Source: Mycobacteriales bacterium | GTDB taxonomy: Bacteria; Actinomycetota; Actinomycetes; Mycobacteriales; SCTD01 | Assembly (NCBI GenBank): GCA_038234255.1 | Contig: JBBSUR010000001.1 | Location: forward strand, 1 to 40,616 | Length of the DNA stretch: 40,616 bases | Direction: 5' to 3' | Shown: piece after piece, positions 24,772-35,959 of the stretch | How positions within the stretch are numbered: the stretch's first letter is position 1 | Layout: each line of letters opens with the position of its first letter | Made by a program: the position numbers and the translations under genes | Notes under the pieces: model-generated | Told to the model about the DNA's origin: nothing | What the model saw: only the letters and a program-made list of their open reading frames with translations | Database searches by the model: none

Positions 24772-25500
24772 ATGGCGCGGCGAGCCTGGCCGGTCCTGGT
24801 GCCGTTGACGGCCCTGGCTGCCGGGCTGCTGTTCGCGACGAGCGCCTCCACCGCGCAGGGGACCGATCTGCGCGCCGACCGGCGCCTGAAGATCACCGAG
24901 CTGATCGCCCGGGAGCGCGACGTCGTCGAGCGCAAGGACGCCTCGGCGCAGGAACTGCGCCGCATCGTGGCCGAGTCGACCGCCCGGGTTGCGGAGAAGG
25001 ACTCCGAGATCGGGCGCGCCGGTCCGTCGGCGCAGCTGCAGCGTGCGGCCGGCCTGACGCCCGTACGCGGTCCGGGGCTCACCGTCGCGCTCGACGACGC
25101 CCCCCGCCGCCCTGGCCGGCCGCCACTGTCCGACGACCCCAACGACCTGGTGGTCCACCAGCAGGACCTGCAGGCGGTGATCAATGCGCTGCGGGCCGGC
25201 GGCGCGGAGGCGATCACCCTGATGGGGCAGCGGATCGTGGCCACCAGCGCTGTCCGCTGTGTGGGCAACACCGTCCTGCTGCACGGCCGCGTCTACAGCC
25301 CGCCCTTCGTCGTCACCGCGATCGGTGACGACCGAGCCATGCGTGATGCGCTGAGCGATGATCGGGGGGTGGCCTACTTCCGTACGTTCGTGAACCGCTT
25401 CGGGCTGGGCTACACCGTACGCAGCGAGCGCTCCGCGGAGCTCCCCGCCTACACCGGACCCCTCGCGCTGCCCAACGTCGCCCCGGAGGAGTCGCCATGA
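24772..25500 (+). CDS. DUF881 family membrane protein (Rv0012 position)
   Basis: 242 aa from ATG 24772 (GGGAGGTG SD). N-terminal TM, coiled region and a DUF881-like C-terminus (GPGLTVALDD...LVVHQQDLQAVINALRAGGAEAI...PPFVVTAIGD). Divergent from crgA. Confidence 0.85.
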   Translation: MARRAWPVLVPLTALAAGLLFATSASTAQGTDLRADRRLKITELIARERDVVERKDASAQELRRIVAESTARVAEKDSEIGRAGPSAQLQRAAGLTPVRGPGLTVALDDAPRRPGRPPLSDDPNDLVVHQQDLQAVINALRAGGAEAITLMGQRIVATSAVRCVGNTVLLHGRVYSPPFVVTAIGDDRAMRDALSDDRGVAYFRTFVNRFGLGYTVRSERSAELPAYTGPLALPNVAPEESP

Positions 25501-26243
25501 GCCGGTCGGGTGAGGTGATCCGGACCGGACTGCGCGGGCTGGGTCAGACGCTGATCACGCTCGGGCTGGTCACGCTGCTGTTCTGCTTCTACGAGCTGAA
25601 GGTCACCAACCTGGTGACCGCTCAGGCGCAGGGCCGGCTCGCCGACGACCTCGCCTCCCGCTGGGCCGAGCCGCGGGTGCTGCCCAGCGACGAACCCGTC
25701 CCGTCGGCGCCGACCGGTCCGGCCAGTCAGCCCGAGCCGCAGCCGGACCTCACGCCCGTCGCCGCAACGCTCGGCGAAGGCTTCGCGATCATGCGCATCC
25801 CGGCGCTCGGGCGGTGGAACGACAAGCCGCAGGTCGTGGTGCAGGGCGTCGGGGTCGAGGACCTGAAGCGTGGGCCGGGGCACATCCCGGGCACGGCGCT
25901 GCCCGGCGAGATCGGCAACGTCGTGATCAGCGGTCACCGGACGACCTACGGCGCACCGTTCAACCGCTTCGACGAACTGCGGCCGGGGGACGCGGTCGTG
26001 CTGGAGACGCGGGACCAGTGGCTCACCTACCGGATCACCGGAAGCCAGGTCGTGGCGCCGACGGCGTCGGAGGTCACCCTGCCCGTCCCGGGAGACCCCA
26101 CCGCGGTGCCGACCCGACGGCTGCTGACCATGACCACCTGCAACCCGAAGTACTCGGCTCGCCAACGCCTCATCGTCTCCGCCGAGCTGACCGCCTCGGA
26201 CCTCAAGAGCGCCGGTGAGCCAGCCGCACTGGCGGCAGGCTGA
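25497..26243 (+). CDS. Class E-like sortase
   Basis: 248 aa. ATG overlaps the DUF881 stop (ATGA). N-terminal TM. Catalytic His (VISGHRTTYGAPF), Cys (LTMTTCNPKYS) and downstream Arg. Confidence 0.9.
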   Translation: MSRSGEVIRTGLRGLGQTLITLGLVTLLFCFYELKVTNLVTAQAQGRLADDLASRWAEPRVLPSDEPVPSAPTGPASQPEPQPDLTPVAATLGEGFAIMRIPALGRWNDKPQVVVQGVGVEDLKRGPGHIPGTALPGEIGNVVISGHRTTYGAPFNRFDELRPGDAVVLETRDQWLTYRITGSQVVAPTASEVTLPVPGDPTAVPTRRLLTMTTCNPKYSARQRLIVSAELTASDLKSAGEPAALAAG

Positions 26244-26244
26244 G

Positions 26245-26418
26245 ATGTACACCTGGATCTGGCGCACGCTGCCCGGCGGCTGGCCCGGCAAGGTGCTGGG
26301 CTCGCTGCTGCTCCTGACCGGCGTGGTCGCGCTCCTTTTCCTGTACGCGTTCCCGGCCCTCGAGCCGCGGCTGCCCTTCAACGACGTGACCGTCGAGCAG
26401 CCGGGTACGCCCCCGTGA
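26245..26418 (+). CDS. Small hypothetical membrane protein (57 aa)
   Basis: ATG 26245 sits 1 nt after the sortase stop, and its own stop overlaps the trpG GTG (GTGA). MYTWIWRTLPGGWPGKVLGSLLLLTGVVALLFLYAF... has one TM. Codons almost all end in G/C. Confidence 0.6.
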   Translation: MYTWIWRTLPGGWPGKVLGSLLLLTGVVALLFLYAFPALEPRLPFNDVTVEQPGTPP

Positions 26419-27059
26419 CCCGCATCCTGGTCGTGGACAACTACGACAGCTTCGTGTTCAACCTGGTGCAGTACCTCGGCCAGCTCGGGGCCGACACGGT
26501 CGTCCGCCGCAACGACCAGGTGTCCTGCGCCGCCGCGACGCAGTACGACGGCGTGCTGATCTCGCCCGGCCCCGGCGTCCCGGAGACCGCCGGCGTCAGC
26601 GTGGAGATGGTGCTGGCCTGCGAACAGGTGGGGGTGCCCCTGCTCGGTGTCTGTCTCGGCCACCAGGCGATCGCGGTGGCCCATGGTGCCACCGTGAGGC
26701 GAGCGCCGGAGTTGCTGCACGGCAAGACCAGCGAGGTGGAGCACGAGGGGGCGGGGGTGCTGGCCGGGCTCCCGAGGCCGTTCACCGCGACCCGCTACCA
26801 CTCGCTGGCGGTGGAGGAGTCCACGCTGCCCGTCGAGCTTGCCGTCACCGGACGTACCCCCAGCGGCGTGGTGATGGCGCTGCGCCACCGGGACCTGCCG
26901 ATCGAGGGGGTGCAGTTCCACCCCGAGTCCGTCCTCACCCAGGGCGGGCACCTGCTGCTGGCCTCCTGGCTGCTGCAGTGCGGGGACCGGTCAGCGGCGG
27001 CACTGGCGCCCTCGCTCGCCGAGCACGTGGAGACCACCCGACTGGCTGCCTTCCGCTGA
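26415..27059 (+). CDS. trpG: Glutamine amidotransferase of anthranilate/aminodeoxychorismate synthase
   Basis: 214 aa. ILVVDNYDSFVFNLVQYL, catalytic GVCLGHQ, and HPES (GVQFHPESVLT). Confidence 0.9.
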   Translation: MTRILVVDNYDSFVFNLVQYLGQLGADTVVRRNDQVSCAAATQYDGVLISPGPGVPETAGVSVEMVLACEQVGVPLLGVCLGHQAIAVAHGATVRRAPELLHGKTSEVEHEGAGVLAGLPRPFTATRYHSLAVEESTLPVELAVTGRTPSGVVMALRHRDLPIEGVQFHPESVLTQGGHLLLASWLLQCGDRSAAALAPSLAEHVETTRLAAFR

Positions 27060-27070
27060 TCGACCGCCGG

Positions 27071-28908
<1,838 letters not shown>

Positions 28909-28912
<4 letters not shown>

Positions 28913-30210
28913 GTGCGCTTTCCTCGCCTCTTGTCCTCAGCACGGCCGTTGGGCTTGTCGTCGGTGCGGTCAGGTGCAACGTCAGGAACGACATGAAGCA
29001 CCACGGGCGTTCCGAGGGCGAGATCGCCGACGGGCTGTACCGCGCTGACGGTGTTGACGGGGTGGTCGACGCCATCGTATTCAACTCTGGGCTGCAGGCC
29101 ACGCGCCGCAAGCGCAGCGCGGACTTCGTCGGCCGGCCGGCCCACCCACTCCTGCGCCGTGACGCTCACCAGCGCCTGACCCGGAGCCGGTGGCGCAGCG
29201 GGATCGGCTCGGAAGGCGCCGCGCAGGCCCACCCCGGCGGCGAGCACGGCTAACAGGACCGCGGCGGAGCGCACCGCCCGGCGGTGCGGCTGGCCGGGCG
29301 GGGCCGTGCGCGGCGGGACCGGACGGGGCTGGCTCGGACGGGGCTGGCTCAGACGGGGCTGGCTCAGACGGGGCGCGCCCGCCAGCCGATCGCGCAGGGC
29401 CGAGGCGGACCGACTGAGCTCGGCCGCCGAACAGTACCGCGCGCCCGGGTCCTTGCTGAGCAGTCGGGTGACCAGCGCCCGTACCTGCTCCGGGACCGTG
29501 TCCGGCAGGGCGGGGACCGGCTCGTGCACGTGGGCCAGCACCACCGCCACGGCGTCGGAGCCGAAGAAGGGGCGTTGGCCGACAAGGCACTCGTAGGCGA
29601 CCACGCCGAGGGAGTACAGGTCGCTCGCCGGTTCGACGGTGCGTCCTGCGGCCTGCTCCGGCGAGAGGTAGTAGGCGGTGCCGATCAGCTCACCGATCCG
29701 GGTGAGCGTGGCGGTGTCGGCGGCAGAGGCGATCCCGAAGTCGGTTACCTTCACCACGCCGTCCGGCCGGACCAGCAGGTTCCCGGGCTTGATGTCGCGG
29801 TGCACGATCCCGGCGTCATGGGCGACCTGGAGTGCAGCGGCCGTCTGCGCCACGATGTCCAGGGTGCGCTCGGCGCTCAACGTCGCGCTGCGGCGCAACA
29901 GGCCCGACAGCGGTTCACCATCCACCAGCTCCATGACCAGCCAGGCGGCGGTCGGGAGCTCGCCGAAGTCGTAGACCGACGCGATCCCCGGGTGCTCCAG
30001 GCCACCGGCATGGCGCGCCTCGGCCCGGAAGCGGGCCCGCAGGTGGGCGTCGCCGACGTACTCCGGTCGTAGGGTCTTGACCGCCACGAGGCGACCGAGG
30101 AGCAGGTCCTCGGCGCGCCAGACCTCTCCCATGCCGCCGACGGCGATGCGGGAGTCCAGTCGGTAGCGGTCGGAGAGCAGGTCACCGGCCAGCGAGGCGG
30201 GGAGCGTCAT
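28909..30210 (-). CDS. pknA: Ser/Thr protein kinase (PknA position) with one extracellular PASTA-like domain
   Basis: 433 aa. GVGGMGEVW, HRDIKPGNLL and DFGIA. PRLSQ tandem-repeat linker, one TM, C-terminal PASTA-like module. Start overlaps the pbpA stop. Confidence 0.9.
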
Positions 30211-31676
30211 CGACGCAGCACGGCGCGCATGACGTCGCGGGCGATCGGGGCGGACAGGGCGCCGCCGGTGGCCTCCGAACCGATGTTCCCGCCGTCCTCG
30301 ATGACGACCGCGACGGCCACCAGCGGGTCCTGCGCCGGAGCGAAGCCGATGAACCAGGCGTGCGGGGGGCGGCCGGGGGCGTGCTGCGCCGTGCCGGTCT
30401 TGCCGGCGACGTTCACGCCGTCGATCTGGGCTCGGGTCCCGCTGCCGTCGGAGACCACGAGCTGCATCATCTGGGTCAGTTCGGCCGCGACGGCCGGGTC
30501 GACGGCTCGCTTGTAGACCGTCGGCTCGGCCAGGTCCAGGCGGGACAGGTCCGGGGCCTGTACCTCGCGGACGAGGTAGGGCTTCATCACCCGGCCCTGG
30601 TTGGCGATGCCGGCGGCGACCATCGCCATCTGCAGCGGCGTGACGCGTACCTCGAACTGCCCGATGGCGGACTGGGCGAGCGAGGGCGGCGAGATGTCCT
30701 CGGGGAAGACGCTGGTCGCGACCGAGGTGGGGACGGACAGGTCGTTCTCGCCGAACCCGAACGCTTGGGCCTGCTTGCTCAGCGCCGACTCGCCGAGGCG
30801 CAGGCCGAGGGCGGCGAAGGCGGTGTTGCAGGAGATCCGCAGGGCGTTGGCCAGCGTGATCGAGTCCGCACCGCAGCTGCCGCCGCCGAAGTTCCGCAGA
30901 CCGACGGAGGTCTGCGGCAGGTCCAGCACGGGCGGGGAGGGGATCTGCGTGTCGGGCTGCACCTCGCCGCCGCTGAGCGCCGCGGCGGCGGTGATCACCT
31001 TGAAGGTCGAGCCCGGAGGGTAGGTCTTGCTGATCGCCCGGTTCACCAGCGGGTCGTCCGGTGCCGCGATGAGCTGGTCGTAGTAGGCGCGGATGTCGGC
31101 CGGCTCGAACGACGAGAGCCGGGCCGGGTCGTACGTCGGGTTGCTCGCCATGGCCAGCACCGCCCCGGTCCGCGGGTCGAGTGCGACAACGGCGCCGCGC
31201 TTGCCGGCCAGGCCGGCCACCGCCGCCGCCTGCGCGGCGGGGTCGAGCGTGAGCAGGACGCCGCCGCCGCTGGGTTCGCGGCCGGTGACGTAGTCCGAGA
31301 GCCGCCGGACGAACAATCGGTCGTCCTCCCCGGACAGCACCTGGTCCTGGGCGCGCTCGACGCCGGTGCGGCCGTAGATCAGGGAGTAGTAGCCGGTCAC
31401 GTGGGCGTAGTCCGGACCGCCCGGGTAGGTGCGCAGGTAGGTCAGTGGCCCGTCGGTGCGCACCGACTCGGCGAGCACCTCACGGCCGCTGCCGTCGGCA
31501 GCCACGACGGCGATCGGTCCGCGCTCGCGCTCGTAGGTGCGCAGCAGCACCCGGCTGTTGCTCGGGTTGTCGCGGTAGTCGTCGGCCTTCACGACCTGGA
31601 CGTAGTTGACGTTGAGCAGCAGCAGCCCGAACAGCACGAGGCAGCCGAGGGCGACCCGGCGCAACGGGCGGTTCAC
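30207..31676 (-). CDS. pbpA: Penicillin-binding protein A (class B transpeptidase)
   Basis: 489 aa. N-terminal TM. STFK (PPGSTFKV), SCN (RISCNTAF) and KTGT motifs. Start overlaps the rodA stop. Confidence 0.9.
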   Translation of the reverse strand: MNRPLRRVALGCLVLFGLLLLNVNYVQVVKADDYRDNPSNSRVLLRTYERERGPIAVVAADGSGREVLAESVRTDGPLTYLRTYPGGPDYAHVTGYYSLIYGRTGVERAQDQVLSGEDDRLFVRRLSDYVTGREPSGGGVLLTLDPAAQAAAVAGLAGKRGAVVALDPRTGAVLAMASNPTYDPARLSSFEPADIRAYYDQLIAAPDDPLVNRAISKTYPPGSTFKVITAAAALSGGEVQPDTQIPSPPVLDLPQTSVGLRNFGGGSCGADSITLANALRISCNTAFAALGLRLGESALSKQAQAFGFGENDLSVPTSVATSVFPEDISPPSLAQSAIGQFEVRVTPLQMAMVAAGIANQGRVMKPYLVREVQAPDLSRLDLAEPTVYKRAVDPAVAAELTQMMQLVVSDGSGTRAQIDGVNVAGKTGTAQHAPGRPPHAWFIGFAPAQDPLVAVAVVIEDGGNIGSEATGGALSAPIARDVMRAVLRR

Positions 31677-33124
31677 GAATTGTCCCGCTCGGCGGTCCTG
31701 GCGCCGCCCGGACGGCGCACGACCTGGGTCTGCGCGGACGACAGCGCCGCCCGGGCCAGCTCGGGGTTCACCGGGGCCGGGGCGGGTCGGCGGGCGGCGT
31801 CACTGATCCGCAGGAGCACCGCGACCAGCGCCCAGTTGGCGACGATGCTCGACCCGCCGTAGGACAGCCAAGGCAGGGTCACCCCGGTCAGCGGGATCAG
31901 CCCGGTGACGCCGCCGACGATGACGAACACCTGCAGGCCGAGGGCGAACGAGAGCCCGGCGGCCAGCAGCTTGCCGAACGAGTCGCGGCACAACAGGGCG
32001 GTGCGCAGCCCGCGCTCGACGATCAGCGCGAACAGCAGCAGGACGGCCATCACCCCCACCAGGCCGAGTTCCTCGCCGATGGCGGCCATGATGAAGTCGG
32101 TGCTGGCGAAGGGCACCGTGCCGGGACGGCCTTCCCCGAGCCCGGTGCCGGTCAGACCTCCGGTACCGAAGCCGAACAGCGACTGCACGAGCTGAAAGCC
32201 GCTGCGGTCCGGGTCGGCGAACGGGTCGAGCCAGGTGTCGACGCGCCGCTGCACGTGGGCGAATAGGAAGTACGCGGCGTACGCGCCACCGGCGAACAGG
32301 CCGACGCCGATCACCAGCCAGCTGGTCCGCTCGGTGGCGATGTAGACCATGACTACAAAGATGGCGAAGAACAGCAGCGAACTGCCGAGGTCCTTGCCGC
32401 GGATCAGCACCGCGAGGCTGGCCGCCCAGGCGAGCAACACCGGTCCGAGGTCCCGGGCGCGCGGGAATTCCAGACCGAGGACGCGCCGGCTGGCCAGCGA
32501 GAGCACGTCCCGCTTGGCGACGAGGTAGCCGGCGAAGAACAGGATCAGCAGCAGCTTCGCGGGCTCGCTGGGCTGGACGGTCAGCGGTCCGACCCGGATC
32601 CACAACCGGGCGCCGTTGATCGTCTGTCCGAGCACGGGCAGCGCCGGCAGCAGCAACAGCACCAGCCCGAGGGCGGCGCAGGTGTAGGTGTAGCGCTGCA
32701 GCCGGGTGTGGTCGCGCACCACGTACAGCACGGCGGCGAAGACGGCGACGCCCACCGCGGTCCAGATCAGTTGACGCGGCGCCTCGCCCGAGGGCAGTTC
32801 ACGGCCGAGCTGGGTCGCCCGGTCCACCGCCGCAAAGTCCAGCCGACGGATGACGACCAGACCCAGCCCGTTCAGCAGGGCGACGCAGGGCAGCAGGAGC
32901 GGGTCGGCGTACGGAGCGACCTGGCGGACGACGAAGTGGGCCAGCAGGAACAGCGCCCCGAGGCCCACCCCGTAGCCGGCGGTTCCGGCGGGTATCTGCC
33001 CCTCGACCGCCAGGCCGACCGCGGCGTAGGCCAGCACCGCGATGAGGACCGCGAGCACCGTGAGCGCCAGCTCGACGTTGCGTCCTGGCGCCGTGTCCCG
33101 GGTCACGGTCATCGGAGCGGTCAC
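31673..33124 (-). CDS. rodA: SEDS family peptidoglycan polymerase RodA/FtsW
   Basis: ~483 aa from GTG 33124 (GTGA overlap with the pstP stop; alternative ATG 33112). Multi-TM SEDS protein (PSEPAKLLLILFFAGYL, LPWLSYGGSS). The track ORF to 34039 is an out-of-frame run through pstP. Confidence 0.9.
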   Translation of the reverse strand: MTAPMTVTRDTAPGRNVELALTVLAVLIAVLAYAAVGLAVEGQIPAGTAGYGVGLGALFLLAHFVVRQVAPYADPLLLPCVALLNGLGLVVIRRLDFAAVDRATQLGRELPSGEAPRQLIWTAVGVAVFAAVLYVVRDHTRLQRYTYTCAALGLVLLLLPALPVLGQTINGARLWIRVGPLTVQPSEPAKLLLILFFAGYLVAKRDVLSLASRRVLGLEFPRARDLGPVLLAWAASLAVLIRGKDLGSSLLFFAIFVVMVYIATERTSWLVIGVGLFAGGAYAAYFLFAHVQRRVDTWLDPFADPDRSGFQLVQSLFGFGTGGLTGTGLGEGRPGTVPFASTDFIMAAIGEELGLVGVMAVLLLFALIVERGLRTALLCRDSFGKLLAAGLSFALGLQVFVIVGGVTGLIPLTGVTLPWLSYGGSSIVANWALVAVLLRISDAARRPAPAPVNPELARAALSSAQTQVVRRPGGARTAERDNS

Positions 33125-34596
33125 GACGTGCCTGCGGGACAGGCGGCGCCCGGGCCCGTGGAGCTGGACGGGCTCGGTACGGAGCTGGGCTGGACGGAGC
33201 TGGGCTGGACGGAGCTGGACGGTGCGGGAACTGGCAGGGCGAAGGCGGGGCTGGAGCCGGTGACCGGAGACCCGGAGACGGGGGGGCTGGTCATGACGGG
33301 CGGGCTGGCCGTCGGGCTGAGGGCAGTCGGGCTGGGGGTCGGCCTCGGGCTGGGGGTCGAGCCACCGCGCGGCGACGGGTCCCGGACGCAGCCGACCGGG
33401 AACGACTGCTGCAGGCGGTCGACGATCTGCTCGGCGTCGGCCCGGTCCTTCGCCACGATGCCGCGCTCCACCTGCGCGCCGGCCAGGGCGTCCAGGCGGT
33501 CCATCTCCAGGTCGGTCCGCGCGGCGATGCTGGACAGCCCGATCCCGGCGAACTCTCCGGTCACCCCCTGGAAGATGGCGACGGCGCCGCCGTCGGCACC
33601 GACGTAGAACTGGTTGCGGACGTAGGCGTAGGTCGCCCCGGCTCCGGCCACCACCGCGATCAGCACCAGCGCCACGACCAGCCCGGTGCGGCCTCGGCGT
33701 CGGGTGGACGGCGGCGTAGTGACCGGGGTCGTGGCGGCGCGGGGAGCCGGCGCCACGTCCCTGCCCTCGGCGGTGCGCGCCCGCGCGGCCGAGGACTCCC
33801 CGATGCCTTCGGGTGGCGCCTGCGGCGCTTCGGCGGCCGCCCCGGCGACCACCGGTGCGGTCGGGCGCAGGTCGCCGGCGTCCACCACGTCGGCCACGAT
33901 GACGGTGACGTTGTCCGGCCCGCCGCCCCGCAGGGCCAGTTGCACCAGCCGGTCGCACGCCTCCTGCGGGCTTGCCAGCTGCAGCGCCTCCTGCAGGGTC
34001 TTCGCCCGGCCCACCGGTCCGGTGAGGCCGTCGGTGCACAGCAGGTAGCGGTCCCCGGCCCGTACCTCGCGCACGGACAGGTCCGGATCGATGTCCCCGC
34101 GCCCGTCCAGCGCCCGGGTGATCAGCGAGCGCTGCGGGTGGGTGCTGGCCTCCTCCTCAGTGATCCGGCCGTCGTCGATGAGTTTCTGCACGAGGGTGTG
34201 GTCGGTGGTGATCTGGCTGAGCGCGTCGTCGCGGAGCAGGTAGGCGCGGGAGTCACCGATGTGCAGCAGTCCCAGCCGGTTTCCCGCGAACAGGAAGGCG
34301 GTCAAGGTCGTCCCCATGCCGTCCAGCGCGGCGTCACCGAGGACCATGTCGCGCAGGTGGTCGTTCGCCGCGACCGCGCGCTCGCGCAGCACGTCGAGCA
34401 GGTCCGTGTCCGGCGCGTCCTCGTCCAGCGGGGCCAGTGCAGCGATGGCGACGGCGCTGGCGACCTCGCCGGCGGCGTGCCCCCCCATGCCGTCCGCGAC
34501 GGCCAGGATCCGCGGACCGGCGTACACCGAGTCCTCGTTGCCTTCTCGCAACAGGCCGGTGTGCGAGCGGGCGGCGAAGTTCAGGGCGAGGGTCAT
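33121..34596 (-). CDS. pstP: PP2C-family Ser/Thr phosphatase PstP
   Basis: 491 aa. RSHTGLLREGNEDS, ADGMGGHAAGEVAS and GGPDNVTVIV. One TM, an extracellular domain and a Ser/Pro-rich tail. Confidence 0.95.
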   Translation of the reverse strand: MTLALNFAARSHTGLLREGNEDSVYAGPRILAVADGMGGHAAGEVASAVAIAALAPLDEDAPDTDLLDVLRERAVAANDHLRDMVLGDAALDGMGTTLTAFLFAGNRLGLLHIGDSRAYLLRDDALSQITTDHTLVQKLIDDGRITEEEASTHPQRSLITRALDGRGDIDPDLSVREVRAGDRYLLCTDGLTGPVGRAKTLQEALQLASPQEACDRLVQLALRGGGPDNVTVIVADVVDAGDLRPTAPVVAGAAAEAPQAPPEGIGESSAARARTAEGRDVAPAPRAATTPVTTPPSTRRRGRTGLVVALVLIAVVAGAGATYAYVRNQFYVGADGGAVAIFQGVTGEFAGIGLSSIAARTDLEMDRLDALAGAQVERGIVAKDRADAEQIVDRLQQSFPVGCVRDPSPRGGSTPSPRPTPSPTALSPTASPPVMTSPPVSGSPVTGSSPAFALPVPAPSSSVQPSSVQPSSVPSPSSSTGPGAACPAGTS

Positions 34597-35084
34597 CGGC
34601 GCAACTCGAGCACGGTCTTGCCGATGCGGATCGGCCGGCCGATCGGCACCGGAGTGGGGCGGACGACCTTGTCGGGACCGAGGTAGGTGCCGTTCGTCGA
34701 GCCGAGGTCCTCGACCAGCCAGGTGCCGTCGCCCAGGATCAGGCGGGCATGCCGGCTGCTGGCGTAGTCGTCGGTCAGCACGAGGGTGGAGTCGTCGGCC
34801 CGGCCCAGGGTCACCGGCTCGTCGCCCAGCCCGATCGTGGTGCCGGTCAGTGCCCCCTCGGTCACCACGAGCCGCCGCGCCGAGCTGCGCCCGGACGGCC
34901 GGTTCGACGCGGTCGACGGTGTGCGGGGGGCGGCGGCGGAGGTCACCCGCGGGGGGGCGGGTGCGCGGCCGGCTCGGCTGCCGGACAGGTCGCTGCGCAG
35001 CGTACGGAAGGCGAAGATCACGAAGAGCCAGAGTACGGCCAGCAGGCCGTACTTCACCGCGGCGACGACCAGGGCGCTGCCCAT
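34593..35084 (-). CDS. fhaB: FHA-domain membrane protein FhaB/FipA
   Basis: 163 aa from ATG 35084 (1-nt overlap with the fhaA stop). N-terminal TM (VKYGLLAVLWLFVIFAF). C-terminal FHA (LGRADDSTLVLTDDYASSRHARL...LGSTNGTYL). The track ORF to 35567 is an over-extension. Confidence 0.85.
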   Translation of the reverse strand: MGSALVVAAVKYGLLAVLWLFVIFAFRTLRSDLSGSRAGRAPAPPRVTSAAAPRTPSTASNRPSGRSSARRLVVTEGALTGTTIGLGDEPVTLGRADDSTLVLTDDYASSRHARLILGDGTWLVEDLGSTNGTYLGPDKVVRPTPVPIGRPIRIGKTVLELRR

Positions 35085-35782
35085 CAGCGCTCCGACCGGA
35101 AGATCAGCGAGGTGGCACCGATATCGAGCCGGTCGCCGTCCTGCAGTTCGGCCTCCGCCACCCGCCGCCCGTTGACCAGCGTGCCGTTGGTCGACTGGAG
35201 GTCCACGATGCGCGCCCCGCCACCGTCGAGGCGGACCTCGGCGTGGGCCCGGGAGACGCCGGTGTCGGGCAGCCGGAGCTCGGCGTCCGCACCGCGGCCG
35301 ACGACGGTGACCGGGCGGGTCAGCACGACCACCCGCTCGGCGTTGCCGGCCGTGGCCGGCAGGACCAGTCGCGGGCGACCGACCCCGGTGGTCTGGGGAC
35401 CGGCCGAGGGCTCGGCCAGGACGGCGCTGCGCACCCGGAACACCCCGGTGTCGAGCGACTCGACGCGTTCGAAGGCCACCGAGACCGGTCCCACGAAGGA
35501 CCAACCCTGGTCGTGGGCGTGTTCCTTCACCATGCTGGCGAGCTCGGCGCGCAGCGGCTCGTCCCACTCGGCGAACCGTTCGAGGTCGGTGGCGCCGAGC
35601 TCGACGGTGTAGGCGTTCGGCACGAGAATCCGTCCCTGGCCGACGATCTGCTTCTTGTCGGCAGCCTCGCGCTGGAGGGCGGCGGCGACCTCGACGGGCT
35701 GGACCACCCCGCCGAAGACCCGGGCGAAGGCACCCTCGACGAGGCCTTCGAGCCGGCGCTCGAAGCGCTGCAGCACTCCCAC
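35084..35782 (-). CDS. fhaA: FHA-domain protein FhaA (DUF3662 + FHA)
   Basis: 232 aa from GTG 35782 (VGVLQRFERRLEGLVEGAFARVF, a typical FhaA N-terminus; GGGAAGGGG SD). C-terminal FHA (VVGRGADAELRLPDTGVSRAHAEV...LQSTNGTLVNG). Confidence 0.85.
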   Translation of the reverse strand: MGVLQRFERRLEGLVEGAFARVFGGVVQPVEVAAALQREAADKKQIVGQGRILVPNAYTVELGATDLERFAEWDEPLRAELASMVKEHAHDQGWSFVGPVSVAFERVESLDTGVFRVRSAVLAEPSAGPQTTGVGRPRLVLPATAGNAERVVVLTRPVTVVGRGADAELRLPDTGVSRAHAEVRLDGGGARIVDLQSTNGTLVNGRRVAEAELQDGDRLDIGATSLIFRSER

Positions 35783-35876
35783 GCCGGTGCCCCTTCCCTG
35801 TCGGGTGAGATCATATCTGTCTGAGCCGACCCGGCGGGTCGGGCCGGTCGCCGGTGCTAGCCTTCGCTTCGCACTC

Positions 35877-35959
35877 GCGCGAGTGGCGGAATGGCAGACG
35901 CGCACGGTTCAGGTCCGTGTGTCCGAAAGGACGTGGGGGTTCAACTCCCCCCTCGCGCA
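35877..35959 (+). tRNA. tRNA-Leu (anticodon CAG)
   Basis: 83-nt class II tRNA. Acceptor GCGCGAG/CTCGCGC, anticodon arm CACGG-TTCAGGT-CCGTG, long variable arm GTCC-GAAA-GGAC, T-arm GGGGG-TTCAACT-CCCCC, discriminator A. Confidence 0.95.

Noticed and set aside
33125-34039. Upstream extension of the rodA ORF to 788 aa
   Set aside because: It overlaps pstP out of frame. A GTGA stop/start overlap at 33121-33124 gives a normal-length SEDS protein.
35941-35959. 19-nt overlap between the PAP2 CDS end and tRNA-Leu on opposite strands
   Set aside because: I considered whether this was an annotation conflict. The tRNA cloverleaf is perfect and the PAP2 motifs are upstream of the overlap, so both are kept. 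The overlap probably only adds a few non-conserved C-terminal residues.
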